Origin: Thermoproteus tenax Kra 1
GTDB taxonomy: Archaea > Thermoproteota > Thermoprotei > Thermoproteales > Thermoproteaceae
Assembly: GCF_000253055.1 (NCBI RefSeq)
Contig: NC_016070.1
Span: forward strand, 450,001 to 482,000
Reading direction: 5' to 3'
DNA: 32,000 nt
Below, piece after piece: positions 1 through 7,968 of the stretch. The notes beneath the pieces are model-generated. The model made no database searches. It was not told the origin of the DNA and worked only from the letters and a program-made list of their open reading frames with translations. The position numbers and the translations under genes were made by a program. Positions within the stretch are counted from its first letter, which is position 1. The number at the start of each line of letters is the position of its first letter.

Positions 1-499
1 CGTACAGCTCGCCGCTCTCCCCGATCTGCAGTAGCTGCCAGCCTGTGCCGTTCAGCTTGAGGACTACCCTCTGTGACACATCGGGATACCAGTCGATCTC
101 CTTGACTTTGACCCACACAGTCTGGAGCCAGCGCATATAGGTAAAATTGACATAGCAAGTCCCTTGGAAGGCCGGCGGCACGACGAGGTTCAAAGTATAC
201 GTCCCGGGGCCCGATAAATAGGGCGGTATACCCAGGGAACAGTTCGTCGCTATATACATATAGGGCCCGTTGACCGCAATCGAGAGGGCGTCTGGGTAGC
301 TCCACGAGCCGTACGGCGAGCTGTACAAGTAGAGCGTCCCATCTCTGATCGCCATGCCGGCGCCCGCGACGTTCAAGCTAACGGAGGCTGGCTCAGTCGC
401 CTTGAACATGCTCCCTCCAGTGGAGGGGGCGGCTATGTAGATGGAGAAGACTAAGAGGGGGAAGAAGGTGATAAAAAAGGCCTTTAGTTTAGCCCTCAC
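1..499 (-). CDS. Partial secreted/membrane-anchored protein, open at the left window edge (absent from ORF track)
   Basis: GTG start overlaps the TGA stop of the upstream ORF. Translation begins MRAKLKAFFITFFPLLVFSIYIAAPSTGGSMFKATEPASVSLNVAGAGMAIRDGTLYLYSSPYGSWSYPDALSIAVNGPYMYIATNCSLG and stays open to base 1. It has an N-terminal hydrophobic signal/anchor. Confidence 0.75.
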   Translation of the reverse strand, partial: MRAKLKAFFITFFPLLVFSIYIAAPSTGGSMFKATEPASVSLNVAGAGMAIRDGTLYLYSSPYGSWSYPDALSIAVNGPYMYIATNCSLGIPPYLSGPGTYTLNLVVPPAFQGTCYVNFTYMRWLQTVWVKVKEIDWYPDVSQRVVLKLNGTGWQLLQIGESGELY

Positions 500-1071
500 T
501 GAGGCGACATCACTATGTTGATCTGGTAAGTGGCCAATACGGTGTTACCGTTGGCGTACGTAGCGGGCAGAGTTGGATCTACGTCTATATATGCGCCGAG
601 CGTGATACACTGGCCATAGCCGATAGTGCCCAAGTTGGCCGTGCTCTGGACTACGCTGGTGCCTTTGAACTCGACGTACTGTTGAGGATTGGCGCTGTTG
701 TACACCCTGAAGTCGTCCACATAGCTCTCAAGGCCGGTCGAGCCAACTGTGCCGACGGCTTGTAGAGTAACTTGTATATTGCCCTGGTAGTACTTGTTGC
801 AGATCAACAACAAGTTGCTGTAGTTCGTGGGATCGCCCGTGAAGCCTATGATGGATATCCTGGTTATGTTTACGCCGTTGCTGTAGTAGTAGCTCACTTT
901 GGCGAACTGTCCATTGGCGGTTTGTGTGTCCAATCCAGGGTACTTCATGGCGGGAGGCAGAGTGGCGTTTATGACCCAATAGGATACATTAGTGAACGTT
1001 ATCGTCGCCATCGTCAACGCGGCCAGTCCCAGTGCAGCCAGCGCCAGTAGGCCCAGCTTTCCCTTTTCCAT
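496..1071 (-). CDS. Secreted beta-rich surface/filament protein, possible TasA/AbpA-like archaeal bundling pilin
   Basis: Signal-peptide-like N-terminus MEKGKLGLLALAALGLAALTMA, several N-x-S/T sequons, Thr/Asn/Tyr-rich ectodomain. The TATA-like box (AATATATAT) fits the internal ATG at 1071 better than the track start at 1092. Confidence 0.55.
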   Translation of the reverse strand: MEKGKLGLLALAALGLAALTMATITFTNVSYWVINATLPPAMKYPGLDTQTANGQFAKVSYYYSNGVNITRISIIGFTGDPTNYSNLLLICNKYYQGNIQVTLQAVGTVGSTGLESYVDDFRVYNSANPQQYVEFKGTSVVQSTANLGTIGYGQCITLGAYIDVDPTLPATYANGNTVLATYQINIVMSPQ

Positions 1072-1193
1072 GTCCTTCCGCAAGAAGCCCATATATATTC
1101 TTTACGTACCGCTTTTCGGCCGAGCCCCGACTGCTCGTCTGCCCGCAACAGAGGTACAGTCGATCCATACAGCGATGCAGCCGTAGGCGCCGG

Positions 1194-2429
1194 CTATTCC
1201 TCCACTGGCCTCAACAGCTGCACCTCGACCTCCTCCCCCTCGTCGTAGCCCTCTCTATTCTCGGGGACTATTAGGAGTCCGTTCCCTCTGGTCAATGTGG
1301 ACAACACGCCGCTTCCGGTCACAGCCAGAGGCTCAATATACGTCCTGTCCCCGGCCCTATACACGCGGACTCTGGCGTACGTCCTCACGTTTATAGGGGT
1401 GGTCACGCGCCGGGTCAGAACTCCTCTCACAGTGGGGACTGGGTCGGGCCTCCCGCCCACCATTTTGAGGAGCGCAGGCCTTGCGAAGATCTCGAAGCCC
1501 ACTACGGCGGCCACGGGGAAGCCCGAGAGCACCACGACGGGCCTCCCGCGGACTACGGCGGCTCCGTTGGGTCTGCCGGGCCTCGCGGCTATCCCCCTCA
1601 CGTAGAACTCGGCGAGCGCCGAGACGGCCTTGTGCGTTGCATCCGGGTCCCCCACCGAGGCTCCCCCAGTGGTTAAGACTATGTCGTACGTCGAGATAGC
1701 CCTCTCTAGGGCCGACTCGATGGCCTCCACGTCGTCGGGCAGTAGGCCGAGGTATGCCGGCTCTGCCCCCGCCTCCTTCAACAGGCCCCATAGAGCGAAG
1801 CGCGTTGAGTTTATCACTTTGCCAGGCCTGGGCCCTTCCTCCACCTCGACCAGCTCGTCCCCAGTGGACAATATGGCGGCTCTGACCTCGTACACGGGCA
1901 CCCGCGATATGCCGACAGACGCCAACACTCCCAAGTCCCATGGCCTCAGCCTGGTCCCGGCCCTCAATATGCGCTCCCCCCTCGCCACGTCCTCGCCCCT
2001 CCTCGAGACGTAGTAGTACTTGGGCACCGGCCTGTAGATCTCCACTGCCCCCTCCCTCTCGGCCGCCTCCTCGTAGGGCACCACTGCGTCTGCTCCATCG
2101 GGCAGAGGCGTGCCGGTGGCTATCTCCACGGCCTCGCCCTCGCCCACCCTCCCCCGATAGGGCGAGCCAGGCGTGGATCTGCCCACTATCTTTAAGACGG
2201 CGGGGTTCGATCTGGAGGCCCCCGTAGTATCGGCGGATCTCACCGCGTATCCGTCGAAGGCCGCTCTGTCGAACGGAGGGACGTCGACCTCGGCTACTAC
2301 GTCTTGGGCCAGATACTTCCCGAGCGCGTCCTCGAGCTTCACTAACGCCGTGGCCGGCCTGTGAGTCACTCGGGCCAAGAACTCTGAGACGGCCCTATCT
2401 ACGGGCACCAGCGACTTGAACCCCCTCAC
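1194..2429 (-). CDS. moeA: Molybdopterin molybdenumtransferase (MoeA family)
   Basis: MoeA motifs: PPFDRAAFDGYAV, ILSTGDELVEV, GKVINSTRFAL, DIVLTTGGASVGDPD, LSGFPVAAVVGFE. GTG start with upstream TATA-like ATTTAATA. Confidence 0.92.
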   Translation of the reverse strand: MRGFKSLVPVDRAVSEFLARVTHRPATALVKLEDALGKYLAQDVVAEVDVPPFDRAAFDGYAVRSADTTGASRSNPAVLKIVGRSTPGSPYRGRVGEGEAVEIATGTPLPDGADAVVPYEEAAEREGAVEIYRPVPKYYYVSRRGEDVARGERILRAGTRLRPWDLGVLASVGISRVPVYEVRAAILSTGDELVEVEEGPRPGKVINSTRFALWGLLKEAGAEPAYLGLLPDDVEAIESALERAISTYDIVLTTGGASVGDPDATHKAVSALAEFYVRGIAARPGRPNGAAVVRGRPVVVLSGFPVAAVVGFEIFARPALLKMVGGRPDPVPTVRGVLTRRVTTPINVRTYARVRVYRAGDRTYIEPLAVTGSGVLSTLTRGNGLLIVPENREGYDEGEEVEVQLLRPVEE

Positions 2430-2471
2430 GGCAGTGTCCTCACTCCAGTTATTAAATGCTATGACTCTCTC

Positions 2472-2509
2472 CGTCCACCTGCGGAGTTAACGGGTGACCG
2501 CGGCGGACG
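2472..2509 (-). other. Strong intergenic hairpin between gat-queC and moeA, possible small RNA or 3' structure
   Basis: Minus strand: CGTCCGCC GCGG TCACCCGTTAACT CCGC A GGTGGACG. An 8-bp plus 4-bp stem with one bulged A; one pair is G-U only on the minus strand. TATA-like AATTTAAG lies upstream near 2531-2540. Confidence 0.35.
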
Positions 2510-2565
2510 TTGCGGCGGGACGTCCGGCCTGCTTAAATTCGCCTCAGCCCTAAAGGGCTTGGCTT

Positions 2566-4020
2566 TCAGCTGTACGGCCTCGTCCCCCTCCAGAACTCCT
2601 CCTCTACCTCGGGCGGGAGGTCGTACTCGACGGGATCCCTCACTCCGTTTATCTTGAAGGCCCACCGGCGCATGTAGCAGGGCCCGCATCTGCCGCAGTG
2701 CTTAGGTCCCTTATCGTAGCAACTCCAAGTGAGGTGCAACGGAGCCTTGACCTCGAGCCCTAACTTCACTATCTCGTGTTTGACCAAACCGCCGACAGGC
2801 ATAAGTATCTGAACTCTCCTCTGGGGGCCCGTGGCGTATGGCAGCGCCTTGTTCAAAAGTCTCACGAACTCCATCTCGTTGTCGGGATAGGCGCCTGCCT
2901 CCTCCATATTTATGCCCAAGGCTACGTAGTCGTAGCCCCAAGCCTCGGCGAGTGCCACCGCCAGGGCTATGAAGACGAAGTTCCTCGCGGGCACCCACTC
3001 GTGGGCGAACTCTGCCCCCTCTCTGCCTGCATCTACTCTGTTTATCTCGCCTTGGCCCAGAAGGGGGGATCCGCCGGCCAGCTTGAAGAAGTCCATGTCT
3101 ATCTCTATAAGAGGGACGCCCAAGGCCTTGGAGATCTCCCTCACGGCCCTATCCTCGGGCCCCTCGGCGACATGTCTGTAGTTGAAGTGGAGGAGCGCCA
3201 CCTCATATCCCTGCCTTAAAAGCGCCGTCGCGGCGGTGGTTGAGTCGAGCCCGCCGCTGGCGACCACCAGGACCCTCCTTCCGCCGCTCTTCCTCCAGAG
3301 ACTAACGGTCCGCCACGTCCTATCCACGTCGATCTCGACCGCCGTGTAGGGCTCAAGCCTTTTGACGTAGTTGCCCTCCCACGGCGCGACGTCGCTCTGC
3401 AGATAGTCGTCGGAGCTGGCGAAAAACAGTGCATTCAACTCTTTGTCCCACATATAGTAGAGGGGCTTGAAATTAGCGGCCAGCCAGAGCTTCCCCGGCC
3501 TCGAGGAGTCCAAGATGGCTAGGGCGTAGCTGCCCACTACGACGTCTCTGAGTATCCTCGCGAGGTCCTCCAAAGTGCCGTCCCACAACGTCTCGAGCAG
3601 GGGAGGCAAAATGGCGGTGTCTATCCTCGACCTCCTTCTGAGGCCGTATTTCCTCTCCAGCTCTCCGTCGTTTGCTATCGTGCCGTTGTGGGTCACAGCT
3701 ATCCTCTCCCCGACCATGGGCTGTATATCCTCCTGGCTCTTCTCGGCCACGTGCTCCGTCGTGGGCTCGGCTCTGTCGTTGAAGATGGCCGCCACAGTGT
3801 CGGCAGTTATCATCCTCGGCATATCTCTAAGCGCCTCTGACGCCGATCTTCTGTCCTTATAGGCTCTGAATCTGCCGCCTCTGTCCAGAGCCACAAGCCC
3901 GAAGCTGTCCCTCCCCCTCTCCGAGGCGGCGACTGCTATGGACTTAAGCTTGTCCTCTATTGCGCGGGCCCTCTCGTCGTCCAGATCGCCGAAGATGAGG
4001 ACGCCGCCTATCGAGCACAC
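2566..4020 (-). CDS. gat-queC: Class II glutamine amidotransferase domain fused to QueC-like (ExsB/PP-loop) domain, archaeosine biosynthesis
   Basis: N-terminal MCSIGGV places Cys2 as a putative Ntn nucleophile. ERIAVTHNGTIAN amidotransferase motif, PP-loop VASGGLDSTTAA, and C-terminal Cys cluster CYDKGPKHCGRCGPC typical of QueC. Confidence 0.88.
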   Translation of the reverse strand: MCSIGGVLIFGDLDDERARAIEDKLKSIAVAASERGRDSFGLVALDRGGRFRAYKDRRSASEALRDMPRMITADTVAAIFNDRAEPTTEHVAEKSQEDIQPMVGERIAVTHNGTIANDGELERKYGLRRRSRIDTAILPPLLETLWDGTLEDLARILRDVVVGSYALAILDSSRPGKLWLAANFKPLYYMWDKELNALFFASSDDYLQSDVAPWEGNYVKRLEPYTAVEIDVDRTWRTVSLWRKSGGRRVLVVASGGLDSTTAATALLRQGYEVALLHFNYRHVAEGPEDRAVREISKALGVPLIEIDMDFFKLAGGSPLLGQGEINRVDAGREGAEFAHEWVPARNFVFIALAVALAEAWGYDYVALGINMEEAGAYPDNEMEFVRLLNKALPYATGPQRRVQILMPVGGLVKHEIVKLGLEVKAPLHLTWSCYDKGPKHCGRCGPCYMRRWAFKINGVRDPVEYDLPPEVEEEFWRGTRPYS

Positions 4021-4050
4021 TAGTGCTGGAGAGTTGCCTCTTTAAAAACA

Positions 4051-4303
4051 TTAAAGTTCGGCGCGGAGAATCTTGGGACAGCGTCCACTCTCAGAGAGCT
4101 TGTAGTAAGTCATGCCTCCCACCGACACTGTAATAACACAGCCCTCCCTCTCCAACACGTAAGTGCCACCTTGCGCTCCCCCAACTGAGGCCTAGCGCCT
4201 TGGCTATCTGCCCCAAGGTCGCCATACCTGTCTCAGAGATGAACTGTATTATGTCGGCCCTCCTGGGATAAGAGATAGCCTTCGCAGACTTAGGCCTAGC
4301 CAT
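4051..4303 (-). pseudogene. Winged-helix (ArsR/MarR-like) DNA-binding protein, apparently frameshifted
   Basis: Frame 1 gives MARPKSAKAISYPRRADIIQFISETGMATLGQIAKALGLSWGSARWHLRV; the adjacent frame continues VLEREGCVITVSVGGMTYYKLSESGRCPKILRAEL* to 4051. The join restores a canonical recognition helix and wing. Confidence 0.7.
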
Positions 4304-4604
4304 AGTGCACCTCCTGCTCGGCCCTCCTCTCCAGCCACCTGGAGAACATTATGAAGAAGACCTCCGCGTTGTGCCTTCCCACCGCCCTCTCCAGCGCGGC
4401 GTACAGCCCCTCCGGCTCCTCCTCGGCGAACTCGGCGAGCCCTCTGCCGAAGAGCCTCCTCAGCCTCACGTCGATGGCGGTGAGGTAGGCTGCGTCGAGG
4501 CTCCTCACGAACTCCGGGAGGAGTCCCGCCTTGAGGGTCAAGGCCATCATGTGCACGCCGTGTGCCCCAGGATAAAAATCCTCCGGAGCGCCGAGAGAAA
4601 CCAT
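4296..4604 (-). CDS. Conserved hypothetical protein
   Basis: Coding-like ORF with start at internal ATG 4604 (MVSLGAPEDFYPG...). TATA-like ATTTTTATT near 4630-4638. Overlaps the start of the downstream winged-helix gene. Confidence 0.6.
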   Translation of the reverse strand: MVSLGAPEDFYPGAHGVHMMALTLKAGLLPEFVRSLDAAYLTAIDVRLRRLFGRGLAEFAEEEPEGLYAALERAVGRHNAEVFFIMFSRWLERRAEQEVHYG

Positions 4605-4658
4605 CCCATATAAATAACTTACGGAGTTGCGAATAAAAATGGGGGCTACCACGGAGGC

Positions 4659-5240
4659 GTGAGATGTACAATATACTTCGATGGGGCGTGCGAGCCGGTG
4701 AACCCGGGCGGGCTGGGCACCTACGGATTCGTGATATACGGCGAGAATGGCAAAAGGGTCGCCAGAGGCTACGGAGTTGCTTGTAGCGGATCAAGCTGTA
4801 CGAACAACGTGGCGGAGTATACGGCGCTCAGAGAGGCCCTCAAGAGGGCTCTAGAGCTGGGGTGCAGCCAAGTGGTGGTCAAGGGCGACAGCCAACTTGT
4901 GGTGAAACAGATCAGGGGAGAGTGGGGCGTAAACTCGAGCAGGCTCCTCGCTCTGAGAGACGAAGTTGAGGAGCTCCTGGGCAAGTTCGACTCCTGGGAG
5001 ATACAGTGGGTTCCCCGCGAGGAAAATAGAGAGGCGGACGGCCTATCGCAGATAGCCTACGAGCTCCACGCGGCGGAGTACGGCTACGGGAAGGGGGATC
5101 AGACCCAGGAGCTCCTCTCCCAACTCAAGAGGAGCGCCGAGGCTGAGGGCCTCACCTTAGACGAGGCCGCGTCAGTTCTGACGGCCCTCCTCAGGAGGTA
5201 CAAGATCTCCGATCTGAGGGCCCTAGTGGAGGGCGATTGA
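4659..5240 (+). CDS. rnhA: Ribonuclease HI family protein
   Basis: IYFDGACEPVNPGGLGTYGFVIYG, NNVAEYTALREAL, VVVKGDSQLVVKQIRGEW, WVPREENREADGLSQIA: full RNase H motif set. GTG start. Confidence 0.92.
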   Translation: MRCTIYFDGACEPVNPGGLGTYGFVIYGENGKRVARGYGVACSGSSCTNNVAEYTALREALKRALELGCSQVVVKGDSQLVVKQIRGEWGVNSSRLLALRDEVEELLGKFDSWEIQWVPREENREADGLSQIAYELHAAEYGYGKGDQTQELLSQLKRSAEAEGLTLDEAASVLTALLRRYKISDLRALVEGD

Positions 5241-5270
5241 GAATTTATAAACGGGGAGTCCCACAGTGGC

Positions 5271-5867
5271 ATGAGGGCGGTGGTATTTCACGGCAGAGGT
5301 AGCTCGCCCGATAAGGTGGATTGGCTCATATCCCCCCTAGAGAAGTTCGGGCTCAGTGTGTCGGCTCCGCAGATAAAGGACGTGGCCGATGCCTACGAGG
5401 CCGGCGCCTCTCTGCTCCCCCTCGAGGTCGCCGCAGGTCACAGCATGGGCGGCACGGCGGCTCTGCTTCTGGCAGCAAGAAATCCGGGTAAAGTCAAATG
5501 CGTCATCTCAGTCGCAGGCCCCGTGGACAGAAGGCTCCAGCTGCAGTGGCTTGAGAGCAGGGGGGACAAGTTCTCCAAAAGGCTCGCCAACGAGCTGGCC
5601 TCTCTGGGGCACGTGCTCGACGAGACGTCGCCGTCCAGATACATCGGCCCCGGGATGCCCCCGGTGCTCTATATAAGGGGCGAGCGCGACGAGATTGTGC
5701 CGAGGAGCCATGTGGACATCCTAGTGGGCTTGGCCGACAAGTTCAACTTCTATGTCGACGTAGTAGAAATAGCGGGAATGGGGCATACGCCCAAGAGCGA
5801 CGATGAGAAGGAGAAGATAGCCAGAGTAATAACCAACTTCTTGGAGAAACACCTCAGGACACCTTAG
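5271..5867 (+). CDS. Alpha/beta hydrolase family protein
   Basis: VVFHGRGSSPDK, nucleophile elbow AAGHSMGGTAALLLA, LYIRGERDEIVP, IAGMGHTP. Confidence 0.8.
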   Translation: MRAVVFHGRGSSPDKVDWLISPLEKFGLSVSAPQIKDVADAYEAGASLLPLEVAAGHSMGGTAALLLAARNPGKVKCVISVAGPVDRRLQLQWLESRGDKFSKRLANELASLGHVLDETSPSRYIGPGMPPVLYIRGERDEIVPRSHVDILVGLADKFNFYVDVVEIAGMGHTPKSDDEKEKIARVITNFLEKHLRTP

Positions 5868-6594
5868 GTATGGCCTCCTTCCCCGTGAGCAGCTTGTTGA
5901 CCCTTCCTCTGTCCACCTTGTAGACGTTAACTGCCACTTCTTTTATCAGCTTGTCCGAGGGCTTGCACCTCTGATATCCCATCTGGAGGCACAGAGTGTA
6001 CTTGTATATCTTCAAATCGTTGGGCCCTCTTATGACGTCGGTGGCGATCAGCTCGGCTATCTTGTACGCAGTATAGAATGCGGCGTAGCGGAGGAACTTC
6101 TCGGACATATCGGAGTACACCGACTCGGCCGTTCTGAGGGACTTGATAAAGAGGGGCTCGTCGAAGAGGCCCAGCACAGTCCCCGTGAAGACGTACCTCA
6201 ACGCTCTAAACACCTTGTCCTCTACGTTCTTCCCCTTTATGTCCGCCACAACCGCCTTTATCTTGTTCTTGGTCTCCTCTGTGAGAACCTCAGTTATGTT
6301 CTTCACTATCTGCAAGAACTCGTGCGCTTTGTTCTCTATATAGAAGATGTCGTCTAAATCGCCGGGAGATATGGCGCCGGCGCCGTAGACCCCCACGAGG
6401 TGCACTGTGGCGAGCTCCTTGTCGTAGATGGACTCAGTTGACAGCCCCCTCAACGGCTCCACGCTCCTCCTTGCGTAGGCCTCCTTGAGCGCCTCTACGG
6501 CGGAGAGCCTGTTGGAAACTTCGCCCTTCAGCGCCTTCTCCAGAACCTCCAGAGCGGCCTCAACTCTGTTACGATGAAGGCGTTTTATCTCCAT
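5854..6594 (-). CDS. Conserved crenarchaeal hypothetical protein (possibly DUF2192)
   Basis: Long helix-rich ORF, overlaps slightly with the convergent and upstream genes. Family assignment is from memory and uncertain. Confidence 0.6.
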   Translation of the reverse strand: MEIKRLHRNRVEAALEVLEKALKGEVSNRLSAVEALKEAYARRSVEPLRGLSTESIYDKELATVHLVGVYGAGAISPGDLDDIFYIENKAHEFLQIVKNITEVLTEETKNKIKAVVADIKGKNVEDKVFRALRYVFTGTVLGLFDEPLFIKSLRTAESVYSDMSEKFLRYAAFYTAYKIAELIATDVIRGPNDLKIYKYTLCLQMGYQRCKPSDKLIKEVAVNVYKVDRGRVNKLLTGKEAIPKVS

Positions 6595-7108
6595 CCTTCG
6601 GCCTCACAATTATTCTTGTCGGTAGCGGCAGTTTGGAGGCCGCTCTCCTCAACGCCTCCTTTATGTGCGGCAGATGCTCCGGCTTAAACTCAAGATACAT
6701 TAGGGTCTGCCCAGCCTCAACTCTGGCGGCTCGGCCGGCGGGGGAGCCGAAGTTCAGCCTCATGCCCTCCTGCAGACGGTCGGCGCCGGCCATAGCCAAC
6801 ATCTTGTTCTCCCTTATGACGTGGTGGGGGTACACCTCCAGCCTGAAGTAGTAGTTTGCGTCTGTAATAGTAGTGGAGAGGTATTTGTAGGCCATCTGGC
6901 GCGCTGCCTCGAGGGCCTGCGCCCTGATCTGGCCCCTCGCCTCCACGATGAGCCTCGCGGTCATAGTGAAGGCTTGTCGGCCAGCTTGCGATGTGTTCCC
7001 CATGTCGAACTTAGGTATCTGGACATATGGGGCTCCGTGGATGTACTTGAGACGCGTGTAGGGAGGCCCCTTTATCCTCCTATAACACCTAGCAGGTCTG
7101 ACGGGCAT
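6569..7108 (-). CDS. rpl10e: 50S ribosomal protein L10e (uL16 family)
   Basis: MPVRPARCYRRIKGPPYTRLKYIHGAP...KFDMGNT, YPHHVIRENKMLAMAGADRLQEGMRLNFG. TATA-like TATTTAAAT centred about 23 nt upstream. Confidence 0.97.
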   Translation of the reverse strand: MPVRPARCYRRIKGPPYTRLKYIHGAPYVQIPKFDMGNTSQAGRQAFTMTARLIVEARGQIRAQALEAARQMAYKYLSTTITDANYYFRLEVYPHHVIRENKMLAMAGADRLQEGMRLNFGSPAGRAARVEAGQTLMYLEFKPEHLPHIKEALRRAASKLPLPTRIIVRPKDGDKTPSS

Positions 7109-7140
7109 GGCCTAGAGAGGTGCCGTATTTAAATCTGTTG

Positions 7141-7299
7141 CGGAGTCTAGCGCCCCCTTAGCGGCGCCCGGCCCTCTCCGGGGGCTCCGAGCCCGCCCCG
7201 GAGTCGCGCGAGGCAACCCCAGGGCGAGGGGGGCCGGCCGTGCCCCGGCGCACGGGCGCGGCTAATCGGCCGCGTCCCTAGAGCCGGGGATGCGGCTCA
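7141..7299 (-). ncRNA. Candidate structured non-coding RNA, unassigned; strand uncertain, minus preferred
   Basis: Very GC-rich non-coding block. Hairpins at 7281-7298 (GAGCCG/CGGCTC), 7257-7274 (CGCGGC/GCCGCG), 7238-7255 (CCGTGC/GCACGG), 7185-7203 (CTCCG/CGGAG), 7150-7167 (GCGCC/GGCGC), and a longer pairing CCGGCCCTC (7169-7177) with 7226-7237. TTTTAA-like box about 26 nt upstream of 7299 on the minus strand. Confidence 0.5.
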
Positions 7300-7313
7300 T
7301 AGTTGAAGGAGAT

Positions 7314-7949
7314 TTACGAGGTTAAAAGTGTGATGGCCACCAACGAGGAAAAAGCGGGTTGTTTCCGGAGGATCTCCCAGTACCTCCTCTTTGCCCACAA
7401 CAACGGTATGTTGTCTCTGTGGTCTGAGAAGCCGCAGGCGGGACAACGCATTATGCGCTTCTCCTCCTCCATCTTAGCTCCACAACGGGGGCAGATGGCC
7501 GAATACAACCGTACCTCTCTGTATTGTAGCCCATACCACTTGGCGAGCTTCTTCAACCCCTTCCTCAGCTGTCCGAGGCCGTCGTAGAGGTGCTTCTTCA
7601 CGCCGCCTTCGCCGCTCTGCTTCCTCGCAATATACGTCTTGCCATCCATCACGTCTATCACAATGGCGGCGTTGTTCTGTCCGGCGAGCTCGATTATCTC
7701 CTCTGCGACCCGCGCTACGACGTCGCGGATCCTCCTAAACCGCCTGGACTTAAGGCGACGGGCTCTCTCCTCAAGGAGCATCCTTCTGGCGGGATCCGCC
7801 TCCCTTGCGGCCCGCCTTTCAAGGTCGCTTATCCTCTCGTGGAGCCTCCTCACAGAGGGAAAAACGGTTTTTCCCTCCGCCTCTTCCTCCGTATGGACAG
7901 AGGCGCGCTCCCTCCGCCGGCGCTCCTCCTCTCCTACTTGGACGAGCAC
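7314..7949 (-). CDS. Truncated TnpB/IS605 OrfB-like protein (C-terminal RuvC-like part plus zinc ribbon), probably catalytically inactive or domesticated
   Basis: RRFRRIRDVVARVAEEIIELAGQNNAAIVIDVMDGK resembles the RuvC-II region. VKKHLYDGLGQLRKGLKKLAKWYGLQYREV..YSAICPRCGAKMEEEKRIMRCPACGFSDHRDN is a TnpB-type zinc ribbon plus RuvC-III region. The RuvC-I half is absent. Confidence 0.75.
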   Translation of the reverse strand: MLVQVGEEERRRRERASVHTEEEAEGKTVFPSVRRLHERISDLERRAAREADPARRMLLEERARRLKSRRFRRIRDVVARVAEEIIELAGQNNAAIVIDVMDGKTYIARKQSGEGGVKKHLYDGLGQLRKGLKKLAKWYGLQYREVRLYSAICPRCGAKMEEEKRIMRCPACGFSDHRDNIPLLWAKRRYWEILRKQPAFSSLVAITLLTS

Positions 7950-7968
7950 ACGAAGGCGCTCGTTATGG

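Noticed and set aside
2459-2689. 76-aa minus-strand ORF at the gat-queC 3' end
   Set aside because: Mostly overlaps the gat-queC C-terminus out of frame, and its remaining part is the hairpin region; Arg/Gly-rich with no motif.
7141-7299. RNase P RNA, SRP RNA, 5S rRNA or tRNA as identity of the GC-rich block
   Set aside because: No GAGGAA/ACAGAAA-type RNase P signatures, no SRP helix-8 signature, no 5S conserved segments and no T-loop on either strand; it is also too short for SRP RNA. Identity left open.
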